A stretch of 64,000 bases of DNA from an uncultured Porphyromonadaceae bacterium (GTDB lineage: Bacteria > Bacteroidota > Bacteroidia > Bacteroidales > UBA12481). The position numbers and the translations under genes are program-made. The stretch spans positions 34,420-98,419 of the forward strand of contig CAYHCO010000006.1 of the NCBI GenBank assembly GCA_964355105.1. The letters run 5' to 3'. The notes beneath the pieces were generated by a model. It saw nothing but the letters and a program-made list of their open reading frames with translations, had not been told where the DNA came from and searched no databases. Every line of letters starts with the position of its first letter. Position 1 is the first letter of the stretch. Of this stretch, positions 1 to 9,137 are shown piece after piece.

Positions 1-2
1 CC

Positions 3-2906
3 ACCCTCACCGATGCCAACATGCCCATCCAGCCCGATGGCAACACGCAGCAAATCCAGGAGTTCGACCGGGTGTTTATGCGGATATACAGTCAGAAAAA
101 TGAGATTCTGGCGGGCGACTTTGATTTGCGGCCGGCTACCGGGTACTTTCTCCAAATGAACAAACGCGTGCAGGGGGCCCGATTCACGGTTGAAACACCT
201 GTAAAATCAGGCAATTCAACTTTTCGAACCAGCACCGGAGCGGCGGTGGTCAAGGGGAAATATGCCCGTAACCATATCCAGGGAAGTGAGGGTAACCAGG
301 GACCTTACCTGCTCACGGGTGCAACCGGCGAGACATACATTCAGATCATCGCAGGCAGCGAAAAGGTATACATCGACGGACAGCCGCTGATCCGCGGGGA
401 AGAATCTGATTATACCATCGATTACAATACGGCGGAAATCCGTTTTACCCCGAAAAACCTGATCACCAAGGATAAAAGGATCGTGGCTGAGTTTGAATAT
501 ACCGAACGAAGCTACTCCCGGTTTCTCCTGTATAACGAGACCGCCTGGAACACAAAAAACGGCACCTGGTACCTGAATCTGTTCTCGGAGAACGATGCAA
601 AAAACCAGCCATTGCTGCAGGATCTCACCGATGGGAACAAGCTTCTCCTGTCAACCATTGGCGACAATTCCAGCCAGGCACAGGTAAGTGCCATCCGGGA
701 ATCGATGTTCCGCAGCGACCGGGTATTTTACAAGTTGGCCGATACTGTTGTGCTCGGGGTCAGGTACGACAGTATCCTGATACAGAGTTTTAACACCGAC
801 AGTGCAAAATACGAAGCGGGTTTTTCTTTTGTCGGCGCCGGCAACGGCAATTACGAACCGGCCCAGTCGACCGCAAACGGCAGGGTATTCCGCTGGATCG
901 CCCCCACAAACGGCGTCCGTAGCGGGAGTTATGAGCCGGTCACCCGACTGGTTATGCCCCAATCCAAGCAGGTAATATCTGCAGGAACAAGGCAATCACT
1001 GGGCTCCCGCATGCGGATGGAGATGGAATGGTCGCTCACCCGCAACGACCGCAACACTTTTTCCACCCTGGATGATAACGATAATACGGGTATGGGACTA
1101 AAAACCAGGCTGATCAGGAAGGACCTGCTCAAACCGGACAGCAGCCTGGTCCTCAACTCTTATATTAACCACCGGTTCACCGGGCTCCACTTCGATCCGG
1201 CTGAACGGTTCCGGGAGGTTGAGTTTGAGCGTGACTGGAACCTTGTCCCCACCGGCGTTGGCAGCAGGGAGAATCTTATAGAATCCGGAGTCAGCCTGAC
1301 CGGAACCGACAGCCTGCAGGCAGCTTATCGGATTGAATACCTCAACCTGGGCAGCAGTTACTCGGGATTCCGGCAGTTCAGCAACGGCCGTGTGCGCGGC
1401 AAAAACTGGGAGACCAGCTGGTCGGGCAGTTACCTGCTCTCAGACGGTGAATACCGTAAGACTGCCTTCCTCAGGCATAATCTCCGATTCCGCCGAAACT
1501 GGGGAAAGGTGAATGTTCAGCTTGCGGAGAATGCCGAGGATAACCGTTGGAAAACATCGGGCAACGATACTCTGCTGACGAACAGCCAGGCATTTCAGGA
1601 ATTCAGCCTCGAAGCTTCACAAAAAAAAGATGGACGCCAGCCATGGATGGTCAGGATAAGTGAGCGGACCGACAAGCTGCCACTGGCGGACCGATTGGTA
1701 AACGGCTCACGTGCGTGGGATGCCGAAACCTGGGTTGATATCTCAAAGAACCCTGCCATGCCCCTGCGCGCAGGTATCCACATCCGGGCCCTGGAGGCCG
1801 ATTCCGGTGCGCTCACCACCGGTGAAACCGGTAAAACGTTGACCGGCAGAATCGACAACCGCTGGCAGGCTTGGAAGGGTCTGCTGCGATCACAAACATT
1901 CTTCGAGGTGGGATCCGGATATGATCGCAAGCCTGAATATTCTTATCTGGAAGTGGCTGCCGGTCAGGGATATTATGCCTGGAAAGATTACAACAACAAC
2001 GGCATCAAGGAATTAAACGAATTTGAATCTGCATTTTTTAAAGATCAGGCTTCTTTCATACGGGTATTTCGTTTGGGAACGGAATTCCTGCCTACCCTGG
2101 TCAACCGTTTTAACCAGGTATTCACCATCCAGCCAAAAAAAGGTTTCGCATCAAAATTCACCAGCCAGCTGGCTTACCGGATCGATAAAAAAACTCCGCG
2201 CGGCGATTACCTTTTCCTGATCAACCCCTTCACCAATAATCCGGCTAATGGCCGCCTGATCAACCTGAACTCACAGCTGCGCCATACCCTTTCTTTCAAC
2301 CGCTCGGGACAGAAATTCAATGCCGAACTGATCACCCAGAAACTCACCACACGCACAACCCTGCTCAATGGTGCCGACGGCCAGGTGGCCTGGTCGAATG
2401 CCATCCAGCTCAGGTACCGCTTTCACCCGTCATGGCAGCTAAACTCCATATCCGACTGGTCGAGAAAGGAATCTTTGTCAGAATTCTTTGCCGCAAGAAA
2501 CTTTATCCTTGTCAGCCAGTCGCAGCTCCTCAAAATCGAGTGCCAGACCGGGTCCGTTTTCAGGGTTGGCCTCGACTGGGAATTGCGTTCCGAAAAGAAC
2601 AAATCGGATGGGGGAAACCTGCTGTCCAACCGCCTCGAATCAACAGTTACCGCTCAGATACCGGAAAAGGGACAGATCAGTCTGTCCGTTCAATATGTTA
2701 ATGTGAAATTCGATGGTCTGGCCGAATCTCCCTCCGGATACGCCATGTTGCGGGGTTTCGGCAATGGCAACAACGGTGTTGCCCAATTATCCGTGCGGTA
2801 TAAGCTTGGGAAAAACCTTGTGCTGGAAGGCGTGTATGAAGGCAGAATAGTGCATGGCGGAAAGGCCGTCCATACTGCACAGCTTCAGGTGCGGGCGGTA
2901 TTTTAA
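3..2906 (+). CDS. Large conserved Bacteroidota hypothetical protein, probable outer-membrane beta-barrel (5'-truncated by window edge)
   Basis: Frame is open from position 3 (TLTDANMPIQPDGNTQQ...), so the true start lies upstream. Alternating beta-strand pattern and C-terminal ...QLQVRAVF ending in Phe. DYTIDYNTAEIRF motif is reminiscent of SprA-type repeats. Confidence 0.7.
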   Translation, partial: TLTDANMPIQPDGNTQQIQEFDRVFMRIYSQKNEILAGDFDLRPATGYFLQMNKRVQGARFTVETPVKSGNSTFRTSTGAAVVKGKYARNHIQGSEGNQGPYLLTGATGETYIQIIAGSEKVYIDGQPLIRGEESDYTIDYNTAEIRFTPKNLITKDKRIVAEFEYTERSYSRFLLYNETAWNTKNGTWYLNLFSENDAKNQPLLQDLTDGNKLLLSTIGDNSSQAQVSAIRESMFRSDRVFYKLADTVVLGVRYDSILIQSFNTDSAKYEAGFSFVGAGNGNYEPAQSTANGRVFRWIAPTNGVRSGSYEPVTRLVMPQSKQVISAGTRQSLGSRMRMEMEWSLTRNDRNTFSTLDDNDNTGMGLKTRLIRKDLLKPDSSLVLNSYINHRFTGLHFDPAERFREVEFERDWNLVPTGVGSRENLIESGVSLTGTDSLQAAYRIEYLNLGSSYSGFRQFSNGRVRGKNWETSWSGSYLLSDGEYRKTAFLRHNLRFRRNWGKVNVQLAENAEDNRWKTSGNDTLLTNSQAFQEFSLEASQKKDGRQPWMVRISERTDKLPLADRLVNGSRAWDAETWVDISKNPAMPLRAGIHIRALEADSGALTTGETGKTLTGRIDNRWQAWKGLLRSQTFFEVGSGYDRKPEYSYLEVAAGQGYYAWKDYNNNGIKELNEFESAFFKDQASFIRVFRLGTEFLPTLVNRFNQVFTIQPKKGFASKFTSQLAYRIDKKTPRGDYLFLINPFTNNPANGRLINLNSQLRHTLSFNRSGQKFNAELITQKLTTRTTLLNGADGQVAWSNAIQLRYRFHPSWQLNSISDWSRKESLSEFFAARNFILVSQSQLLKIECQTGSVFRVGLDWELRSEKNKSDGGNLLSNRLESTVTAQIPEKGQISLSVQYVNVKFDGLAESPSGYAMLRGFGNGNNGVAQLSVRYKLGKNLVLEGVYEGRIVHGGKAVHTAQLQVRAVF

Positions 2907-4117
2907 AACGCTGAAAGCAACAGGTCGATATCCTTGGATGCAATTCCAAACTGATTGCCTATCAACTCATTAGTCAATATTCCATTGTACATGTATACCC
3001 CCTGTCTCACTCCAAGGTCATCTTTGATGAGCTGGAGGATGCCACCGCACCGGCCTTTGTCCAGCAGGATGGGCATCAGCACGTTACTGAGGGCGATGGA
3101 AGCAGTCCGTGCGACCTTGGCCGGCAAGTTCGGCACCATATAGTGCACCACACCATGCCTGGTGAAGATCGGCTGCTCGCGTGAAGTATAGATTCCCGTT
3201 TCGAAGCTGGATCCCTGATCAACATGGATATCAATGATGACTGAGCCGGGTTTCATGGTCATGACCAGATCCTCAGGAATGAGGTAAAACGAGTCCTGAT
3301 GAAGCCTCTGCAAAGTACTGATTACCAAGTCGGCCGTCTCGAACGCCTTTTTCAGCACCGGCGGATGCATCACCGAGGTGAATATTTGCTGGCCTATGTG
3401 GTGTTTAAGTGATCGCAAATTATTGATTGAACGGTCGAAGACCTTGACGATGGCACCCATGCCCAGGGCTGTCCGGGCCGCGTTCTCGGCGGCGGTGCCA
3501 GCACCCAGGATCACCACTTCGGCAGGCGTGATGCCAGTGATTCCGCCCAGCAATATGCCCTTGCCGTTACTCTCGCTTCCTAAAAGACCTGCACCTGTAT
3601 TTACTGCCACAGTTCCCGCAATCTCGCACATCGAGCGGAGAACAGGTACTTCCTGGGCCTCGTCGCGGATCAGCTCAAAAGCAACGGCTGTAACTTTATG
3701 CCTGATCAGGTCCTGAAAATAGGATTCGTCGCGGGTGGCCAGCTGCAAGCCGGTAATGAGGGTCTTGCCTGGTCCGAGCAGCTCGATTTCCGATTTGGTA
3801 AGCGGGGAAACCTTAAGTATGATGTTGGCCTCGAAAATAGCCCCTTTATGGTCCACCAGCTCTCCACCGGCCTCTGAATAATCATGATCCGAAAACTTCG
3901 GCCCATTGCCGGCACCGCGCTCAATCAAAACGCGATGACCGCTTTCAACCAGAAGATGAACTGCCTGCGGGGTAATGGAGATGCGTGTTTCCATTGGATC
4001 CGTCTCCCCCGGCAGTCCGATCACAAAACGCTTGCCCTTTTTCTCGCGATCCAGGGTCTCCTCCTTGGGCATCATGCCATGCTGAAAGAAAGATGAGGGT
4101 TTTCCAGTCTCTTCCAT
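2903..4117 (-). CDS. ald: Alanine dehydrogenase / PNT family protein (Bacteroidota-type)
   Basis: GLPGE...ETRISITP N-terminus, GILLGG, Rossmann GAGTAA, IDIHVDQG, VPNLP..VARTAS. Canonical catalytic Lys and His appear substituted (see findings). Confidence 0.8.
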   Translation of the reverse strand: MEETGKPSSFFQHGMMPKEETLDREKKGKRFVIGLPGETDPMETRISITPQAVHLLVESGHRVLIERGAGNGPKFSDHDYSEAGGELVDHKGAIFEANIILKVSPLTKSEIELLGPGKTLITGLQLATRDESYFQDLIRHKVTAVAFELIRDEAQEVPVLRSMCEIAGTVAVNTGAGLLGSESNGKGILLGGITGITPAEVVILGAGTAAENAARTALGMGAIVKVFDRSINNLRSLKHHIGQQIFTSVMHPPVLKKAFETADLVISTLQRLHQDSFYLIPEDLVMTMKPGSVIIDIHVDQGSSFETGIYTSREQPIFTRHGVVHYMVPNLPAKVARTASIALSNVLMPILLDKGRCGGILQLIKDDLGVRQGVYMYNGILTNELIGNQFGIASKDIDLLLSAF

Positions 4118-4174
4118 AATATCAAATCATCTCCGTTAGGAAGAGCAATTTACAAAATATACGTGGAAAGTATA

Positions 4175-4603
4175 TTATTCAGGAATTTCCATCCTGATCG
4201 TCCGGCTGCCATCGGTTTTCTCCTGGAGGAATACCTTTACAGTCCTCTCAGGCAGCAATTCCTCGATTTTGCCGGGCCACTCCATCAGGCACCAGGCTTG
4301 GCTGTCGAAATACTCCTCAATGCCGAAATCCAACGCTTCGCTGACCTTGTTAATCCGATAAAAATCAAAGTGATATACCAGCCCGCTTCCCGCAGGATAC
4401 TCATTCACCAGGGCAAATGTAGGGCTGGTAACTTCCGACTGTACACCCAGCTGGTGGCACATGGCCCTGATCAGCGTAGTCTTGCCGACGCCCATATCTC
4501 CATAAAAAGCCATGATTCTTTCATTACCGGAGGCATCGATCATGCTGCCGGCTATACCGTTAAGATCAGATAATTTCCTGGCTTGAAAAATCAACTCTTT
4601 CAT
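4175..4603 (-). CDS. tsaE: tRNA threonylcarbamoyladenosine biosynthesis ATPase TsaE
   Basis: GDMGVGKTT Walker A, VTSPTFALVNEY, YHFDFYR, MEWP. Start moved to ATG 4603 to avoid overlap with porX. Confidence 0.95.
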   Translation of the reverse strand: MKELIFQARKLSDLNGIAGSMIDASGNERIMAFYGDMGVGKTTLIRAMCHQLGVQSEVTSPTFALVNEYPAGSGLVYHFDFYRINKVSEALDFGIEEYFDSQAWCLMEWPGKIEELLPERTVKVFLQEKTDGSRTIRMEIPE

Positions 4604-4610
4604 AACATCA

Positions 4611-6167
4611 TCACTTGGGCTGAAGCACGATGAACGGAACGAGCATCTCCTCGAGACTGACACCGCCGTGCTGGAAAGTATTCCGGTAATATTTTACGTA
4701 ATGGTTGTAATTGTTGGGATAAGCGAAAAAATCGGCACCGGTGGCAAAAATGTAACTGCTGCTCACATTTGATTTGGGCAACTGAATTTCCTCCGGACGG
4801 GTAATCTCGAACACTTCCTTTGGATTGTAGTTCAGGTTTTTACCTTGTTTGTAGCGAAGATTTGTAGTGGTCAACTTGTCACCGACCACCTTGATCGGAT
4901 CTTCCACCATACTCGTACCGTGATCGGTCGTAATGACCACTGTTACCTTCTTTTTTGCAAGCTCCCTAAGCAGTTCCAACAAAGGGGAATGAATAAACCA
5001 GGTATGGGTCAGCGTTCGGTAAGAGGCTTCATCGTTGGCGAGCTCCCTGATCATGTTGGTTTCTGTCCTGGCATGAGAAAGCATATCCACGAAATTATAA
5101 ACCAGAACGGAAAGCGGCATGTCAGTCAGCTGATTCGTGTGTTCCACCCACTTCTTCCCCGCCCTGTTGGTGCTTATCTTGTCGTAAATAAATTTTTGCG
5201 GCAGTTTAAGCCGTTGCATCAGGTTGCGCAAAAGCTCCTCCTCATGCATATTCTTGCTGCCCTCCTCATAATCCTCCATCCAGATATCAGGATACATTTT
5301 TGAAATGGCCAGCGGCATCAGCCCGGCAAAAATACTGTTCCTGGCATATTGTGTGGCAGTTGGAAGGATACTGAAATAGATGTCATCCTGCTCAACAGAC
5401 CAGTTTTCGGATATCACCGGCTCCAGAACTTTCCACTGATCGTAACGAAGATTGTCAATCACCAGCATCACAACAGGCTGATTCCTCGAAAAAAGCGGAA
5501 ACACCTTGTGCTTCATGATATCCGGTGACAGGATCGGTCTCTGACCAACATCTTTCGAGAACCAGCTAACGTAATTTTTCTTGATAAAACGGATGAAATT
5601 CTGGTTGGCCTCCGCTTTCTGCATGCGGAAAACCTCGTCCATCGGAGTTTCCACCGATCCCTTGAGCTCGAGTTCCCAATAAACAAGCTTCTTGTAAACC
5701 TGGATCCAGTCCTCCCAGGAAAGGCTCTCACTGATCTGCATACCGATCTTGCCAAACTCGGTTTGGTAAGTTGAAGTGGTCTTTTCACTGATCAGCCGCT
5801 TGGTGTCCACAAATTTTTTGATTGTCAGGAGAACCTGCTTGGGATTGACAGGCTTGATCAGGTAATCGGCAATCTTTGAGCCGATAGCCTCATCCATGAT
5901 ATCCTCCTCCTCACTCTTGGTGATCATGACAACTGGGATATTAGGCCGGATGGTCTTGATCCGGCTGAGCACCTGAAGGCCTGTCAGACCCGGCATGTTC
6001 TCGTCGAGAAAGATCAGGTCGAATTCACGTTCCTGAACTCGCTCAATGGCATCTTCACCGTTATTGGCTGTTATGACCTCAAAGCCCTTGCCCTGAAGCA
6101 AAAGAATATGAGGCATCAGAAGGTCGATTTCGTCATCAGCCCACAGTATGGAAAGGGTTTTGGTCAT
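4611..6167 (-). CDS. porX: T9SS response regulator PorX (REC + PglZ/alkaline-phosphatase domain)
   Basis: N-terminal receiver (WADDE, FLDENMPG, KP). PglZ motifs IDNLRYDQW, LPTATQYARN, DMLSH, TDHG, FQHGG. Confidence 0.95.
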   Translation of the reverse strand: MTKTLSILWADDEIDLLMPHILLLQGKGFEVITANNGEDAIERVQEREFDLIFLDENMPGLTGLQVLSRIKTIRPNIPVVMITKSEEEDIMDEAIGSKIADYLIKPVNPKQVLLTIKKFVDTKRLISEKTTSTYQTEFGKIGMQISESLSWEDWIQVYKKLVYWELELKGSVETPMDEVFRMQKAEANQNFIRFIKKNYVSWFSKDVGQRPILSPDIMKHKVFPLFSRNQPVVMLVIDNLRYDQWKVLEPVISENWSVEQDDIYFSILPTATQYARNSIFAGLMPLAISKMYPDIWMEDYEEGSKNMHEEELLRNLMQRLKLPQKFIYDKISTNRAGKKWVEHTNQLTDMPLSVLVYNFVDMLSHARTETNMIRELANDEASYRTLTHTWFIHSPLLELLRELAKKKVTVVITTDHGTSMVEDPIKVVGDKLTTTNLRYKQGKNLNYNPKEVFEITRPEEIQLPKSNVSSSYIFATGADFFAYPNNYNHYVKYYRNTFQHGGVSLEEMLVPFIVLQPK

Positions 6168-6176
6168 GTAATAAGA

Positions 6177-8996
6177 TTATTCTTTCAGATAATTATCGCG
6201 GAAAAACTGGGAATACTGGAAAACGTTTTTGCTTTTGTACAATCGGGTGTAATTATCCTTTGAGACGATAAAGTGCCTGTAATCCGTCTCTTTCATCCCC
6301 TCAAACACTTTGGCATCGGTCTGGATGGCCTGATAATAATCCATCCCGGCTTTCTTGTTGGTAAAATTCTTGACAGTAATAATCTGCATGTCCGCATCGA
6401 AGATCGTTGACGAGACCTCAAAGAAATCCTCAACAAATTTCTCCACATTGAAATTGGAGATTCTGAACTTCAGTTTTCCCACATCGGTAGCAGCCTCCGA
6501 GAGGATCACGACATAGAAATGCGTTGCCGCGTCATCCTTGAAAAATTCAACGTTGGCATTATCTTTTCCGGCATCAACCTGCCCGATCTGCACCTTCTTC
6601 TGTCCCTTGCCGACCGGTGCGCTGGACGGACCTTTCTGAATATAGCTCAGCAGGTTTTTAGCCGGATCCGTCACCTCGCTAGAAGGGTATTTAAACAGCA
6701 GGTCGTTGATCGATTTAACCAGACCGGCGGTATCAGCCGGATTCAATTTGGCAAATGCCATGATCTTCAATAAACCGTACTTATCCCGTATCGGATTAAC
6801 CTTGAAGGCAGTATCAGCCCTTGAACAATTCTCCAGAACAGTTTTATAAGCTTTACCCTTATATTCTTCGTAGGTCTTTTCATAGAATTTCAGCGCGTTG
6901 GCTTTCTCATCATCAAGCTCTTTAAAATAATCAGGATTGCTGATGATTTTTGCAGAACGGCTGTCGGGGAACTTCTTCAGGATCAGGTCCTTGTATTTTT
7001 TCACCTCAGCTTCCGCTTTCATAGCGGTATATATCTGATAGATATTGTAATAAGAGAAAAGCAGTCGTTCGTCCTCCGGAAACCGCTGGTTGAGCATGTC
7101 GAGGTAGTAAATGGCATCATTCGGACGGTTGAGCTCGTCCTTGAAAATCTTACCTGCATTGAGCAGCGACTGGGCTATCCGCATGTTCGACTCCCGCATG
7201 AGGGTATCGTTCATTGGCAGGTCGTTCAGGTAGAATTCGCGCTGATTGGGTTTAAAAGTATTGGCTTTCGTACTGGCTGCCGGCGTGGATATCTCACCGG
7301 TCTCACCTTCAGCGGTAAGATCACCCGCTTCTGAAATTACCTTCTTGTTTGATCGTCTCCAGTTATCTTCCAGCTTACGACGTCCCCAGAATTTAATGAA
7401 TTCAATGCTTCCAAAACTGATCGCAGCAGGGTTATAAAAATACCAGTTGCTCGCACCCGTAATGTTGGCACTTCCGCCACCACCGAAATCAGCAGACTGT
7501 TCAAGTCCGAAACCGCCCATCTGGCTGTTCGGGTTTCGTCCAGCGCCGCCTTGCCGGTTCTGCCCCAACGCTCCCCGGTTGTTCATCCCGGTCATGGTTC
7601 CCATCCCGCTCATCCTTCCGGATTGAATATTCAACCGTTCCTCTTCCTCGGCAGCTTTTCGCTCATCTTCCTTGCGCTGTGCTTCTGCTACCAGGTCATT
7701 GATCAGCTTATCCCTGTCGGCCGGAACCATCTTGGCAACGGTTTGCAGGCTGTCCTCCTTTTGTGCAATTCCCAGGTTATCCGACAGCAACTTAACATTG
7801 CCAGCAAATTTGATAAGTTTCTGGTATTCAGGGTAAGTCTCCGGCAAGCTCAGGCTGCAGCTGTCGTAATAGGCGCCTGCCGGTATGAATTCGTTCTTCC
7901 CGTAATAGTAAGTAGCCAGGGCCAGGTATGAGATTGCTTTCTGCGAGGCGTTGGTGGTATTGCTCCAGATGGATTTTTTGAAGTATTGCACTCCCTGTTC
8001 GGGCTTGCCCTCTTTCATCTCAAGCTCGGCGAGTGCGTAATATACCTGATCCAGGTAATCAACGTTCTTGACATCCTTGAGCATCTTCATCAGCTCCTTG
8101 CGAATGTTGCCGCCCTGATCTCCTCCCTGGTACAGGCGAGCCATGCTAATCCGGGCATTGAAGGCCATTTCGTAAGGCGGGTTTAGCTCATTGACAGCAG
8201 CATACCATTTTGATGCGTTCACCGAGTCTTTCTCTTTTTCATAAACCTGCCCCAACACAAAACTGATCCTTGTTCGCTCACTTTTATCGGGGAATTTCTC
8301 AGCTGATTTTTCAAGAAGCGGAATGGCTGTTACCATGTCGCTCTGACGAAGGTACCAGTCGGCATACACAGCCTGCAACTGAGGCCGCAGCTTCTGATCG
8401 AATTTGGGATCAGCCTGCAACCGATTCAATATCTGCTGAGATTCCGGATAATGCTTAAGCTCCAGATGCGCCATAGCCAGCCACAGACTGGCTTCATCTG
8501 CCAGGCCGTCATTCGGAAACTGACTGAGCACGTAATCCAATGTCTCAATGCAAGGGAAAAAATCCCGCTTGTAAAAGTAAGCCTTGCCCATGAGCAGGAA
8601 GGCGTCGTCAATCCATTTATTATACTCGGTACGGCGGTAATAATCCTTTTCCCGTTCAGTCCGGTTGCCCTTCTTCAGCTTTGGCTTGGCCTTGATCGAA
8701 TGCATGCCGATCACCTTGGAACATTTCTTGACGGTTTTATCCATATCAGCAGTCACAATCCTGGCTGCTTCCTTGGAACTGTAGGTAAAGAGCGGCAACT
8801 GACTGTTAAAATCATCTTTAAAGCTGGCCTCCGCTTTTTTAATCCCCTGGTTATATGACTCTTCCGCATTAAACAAAATGTTATAATGTGAGGTAAGATT
8901 ATGATAACTCCGCGTAACAACCGTATTTTTCTTGGTTGTACAGGAACCGATAACCAGGAGAATTATCGGGATAGCCAAACGAAACAACTTATTCAA
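6177..8996 (-). CDS. sprE: T9SS/gliding TPR lipoprotein SprE/PorW
   Basis: Lipobox LVIGSC, RSYHNLTSHYNILFN, KWIDDAFLLMGKA, multiple TPRs, WYFYNP...WGRRKLEDNWRRS signature. TTG start. Confidence 0.85.
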   Translation of the reverse strand: MNKLFRLAIPIILLVIGSCTTKKNTVVTRSYHNLTSHYNILFNAEESYNQGIKKAEASFKDDFNSQLPLFTYSSKEAARIVTADMDKTVKKCSKVIGMHSIKAKPKLKKGNRTEREKDYYRRTEYNKWIDDAFLLMGKAYFYKRDFFPCIETLDYVLSQFPNDGLADEASLWLAMAHLELKHYPESQQILNRLQADPKFDQKLRPQLQAVYADWYLRQSDMVTAIPLLEKSAEKFPDKSERTRISFVLGQVYEKEKDSVNASKWYAAVNELNPPYEMAFNARISMARLYQGGDQGGNIRKELMKMLKDVKNVDYLDQVYYALAELEMKEGKPEQGVQYFKKSIWSNTTNASQKAISYLALATYYYGKNEFIPAGAYYDSCSLSLPETYPEYQKLIKFAGNVKLLSDNLGIAQKEDSLQTVAKMVPADRDKLINDLVAEAQRKEDERKAAEEEERLNIQSGRMSGMGTMTGMNNRGALGQNRQGGAGRNPNSQMGGFGLEQSADFGGGGSANITGASNWYFYNPAAISFGSIEFIKFWGRRKLEDNWRRSNKKVISEAGDLTAEGETGEISTPAASTKANTFKPNQREFYLNDLPMNDTLMRESNMRIAQSLLNAGKIFKDELNRPNDAIYYLDMLNQRFPEDERLLFSYYNIYQIYTAMKAEAEVKKYKDLILKKFPDSRSAKIISNPDYFKELDDEKANALKFYEKTYEEYKGKAYKTVLENCSRADTAFKVNPIRDKYGLLKIMAFAKLNPADTAGLVKSINDLLFKYPSSEVTDPAKNLLSYIQKGPSSAPVGKGQKKVQIGQVDAGKDNANVEFFKDDAATHFYVVILSEAATDVGKLKFRISNFNVEKFVEDFFEVSSTIFDADMQIITVKNFTNKKAGMDYYQAIQTDAKVFEGMKETDYRHFIVSKDNYTRLYKSKNVFQYSQFFRDNYLKE

Positions 8997-9039
8997 TATT
9001 CTGATATCAGTTTAATCCTTCTACATAACTTGTACAATG

Positions 9040-9047
9040 CAAAATTA
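9040..9047 (-). promoter_or_regulatory. Bacteroidota sigma-A -7 element (TAATTTTG) for the sprE-porX-tsaE-ald operon
   Basis: Reverse complement of caaaatta matches TAnnTTTG, about 45 nt upstream of the sprE start. Confidence 0.55.
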
Positions 9048-9137
9048 TTTTATACCGCGACAAAATCCTTATCTAATCAAAATAATAGTAATTTAGATCC
9101 TTAGACCATTACCACATTAAATTACTGCCGTGGGCCT

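Noticed and set aside
4611..6167. BREX defence system (PglZ domain)
   Set aside because: PglZ is fused to a receiver domain as in PorX, and no brxC/pglX/brxL genes are present.
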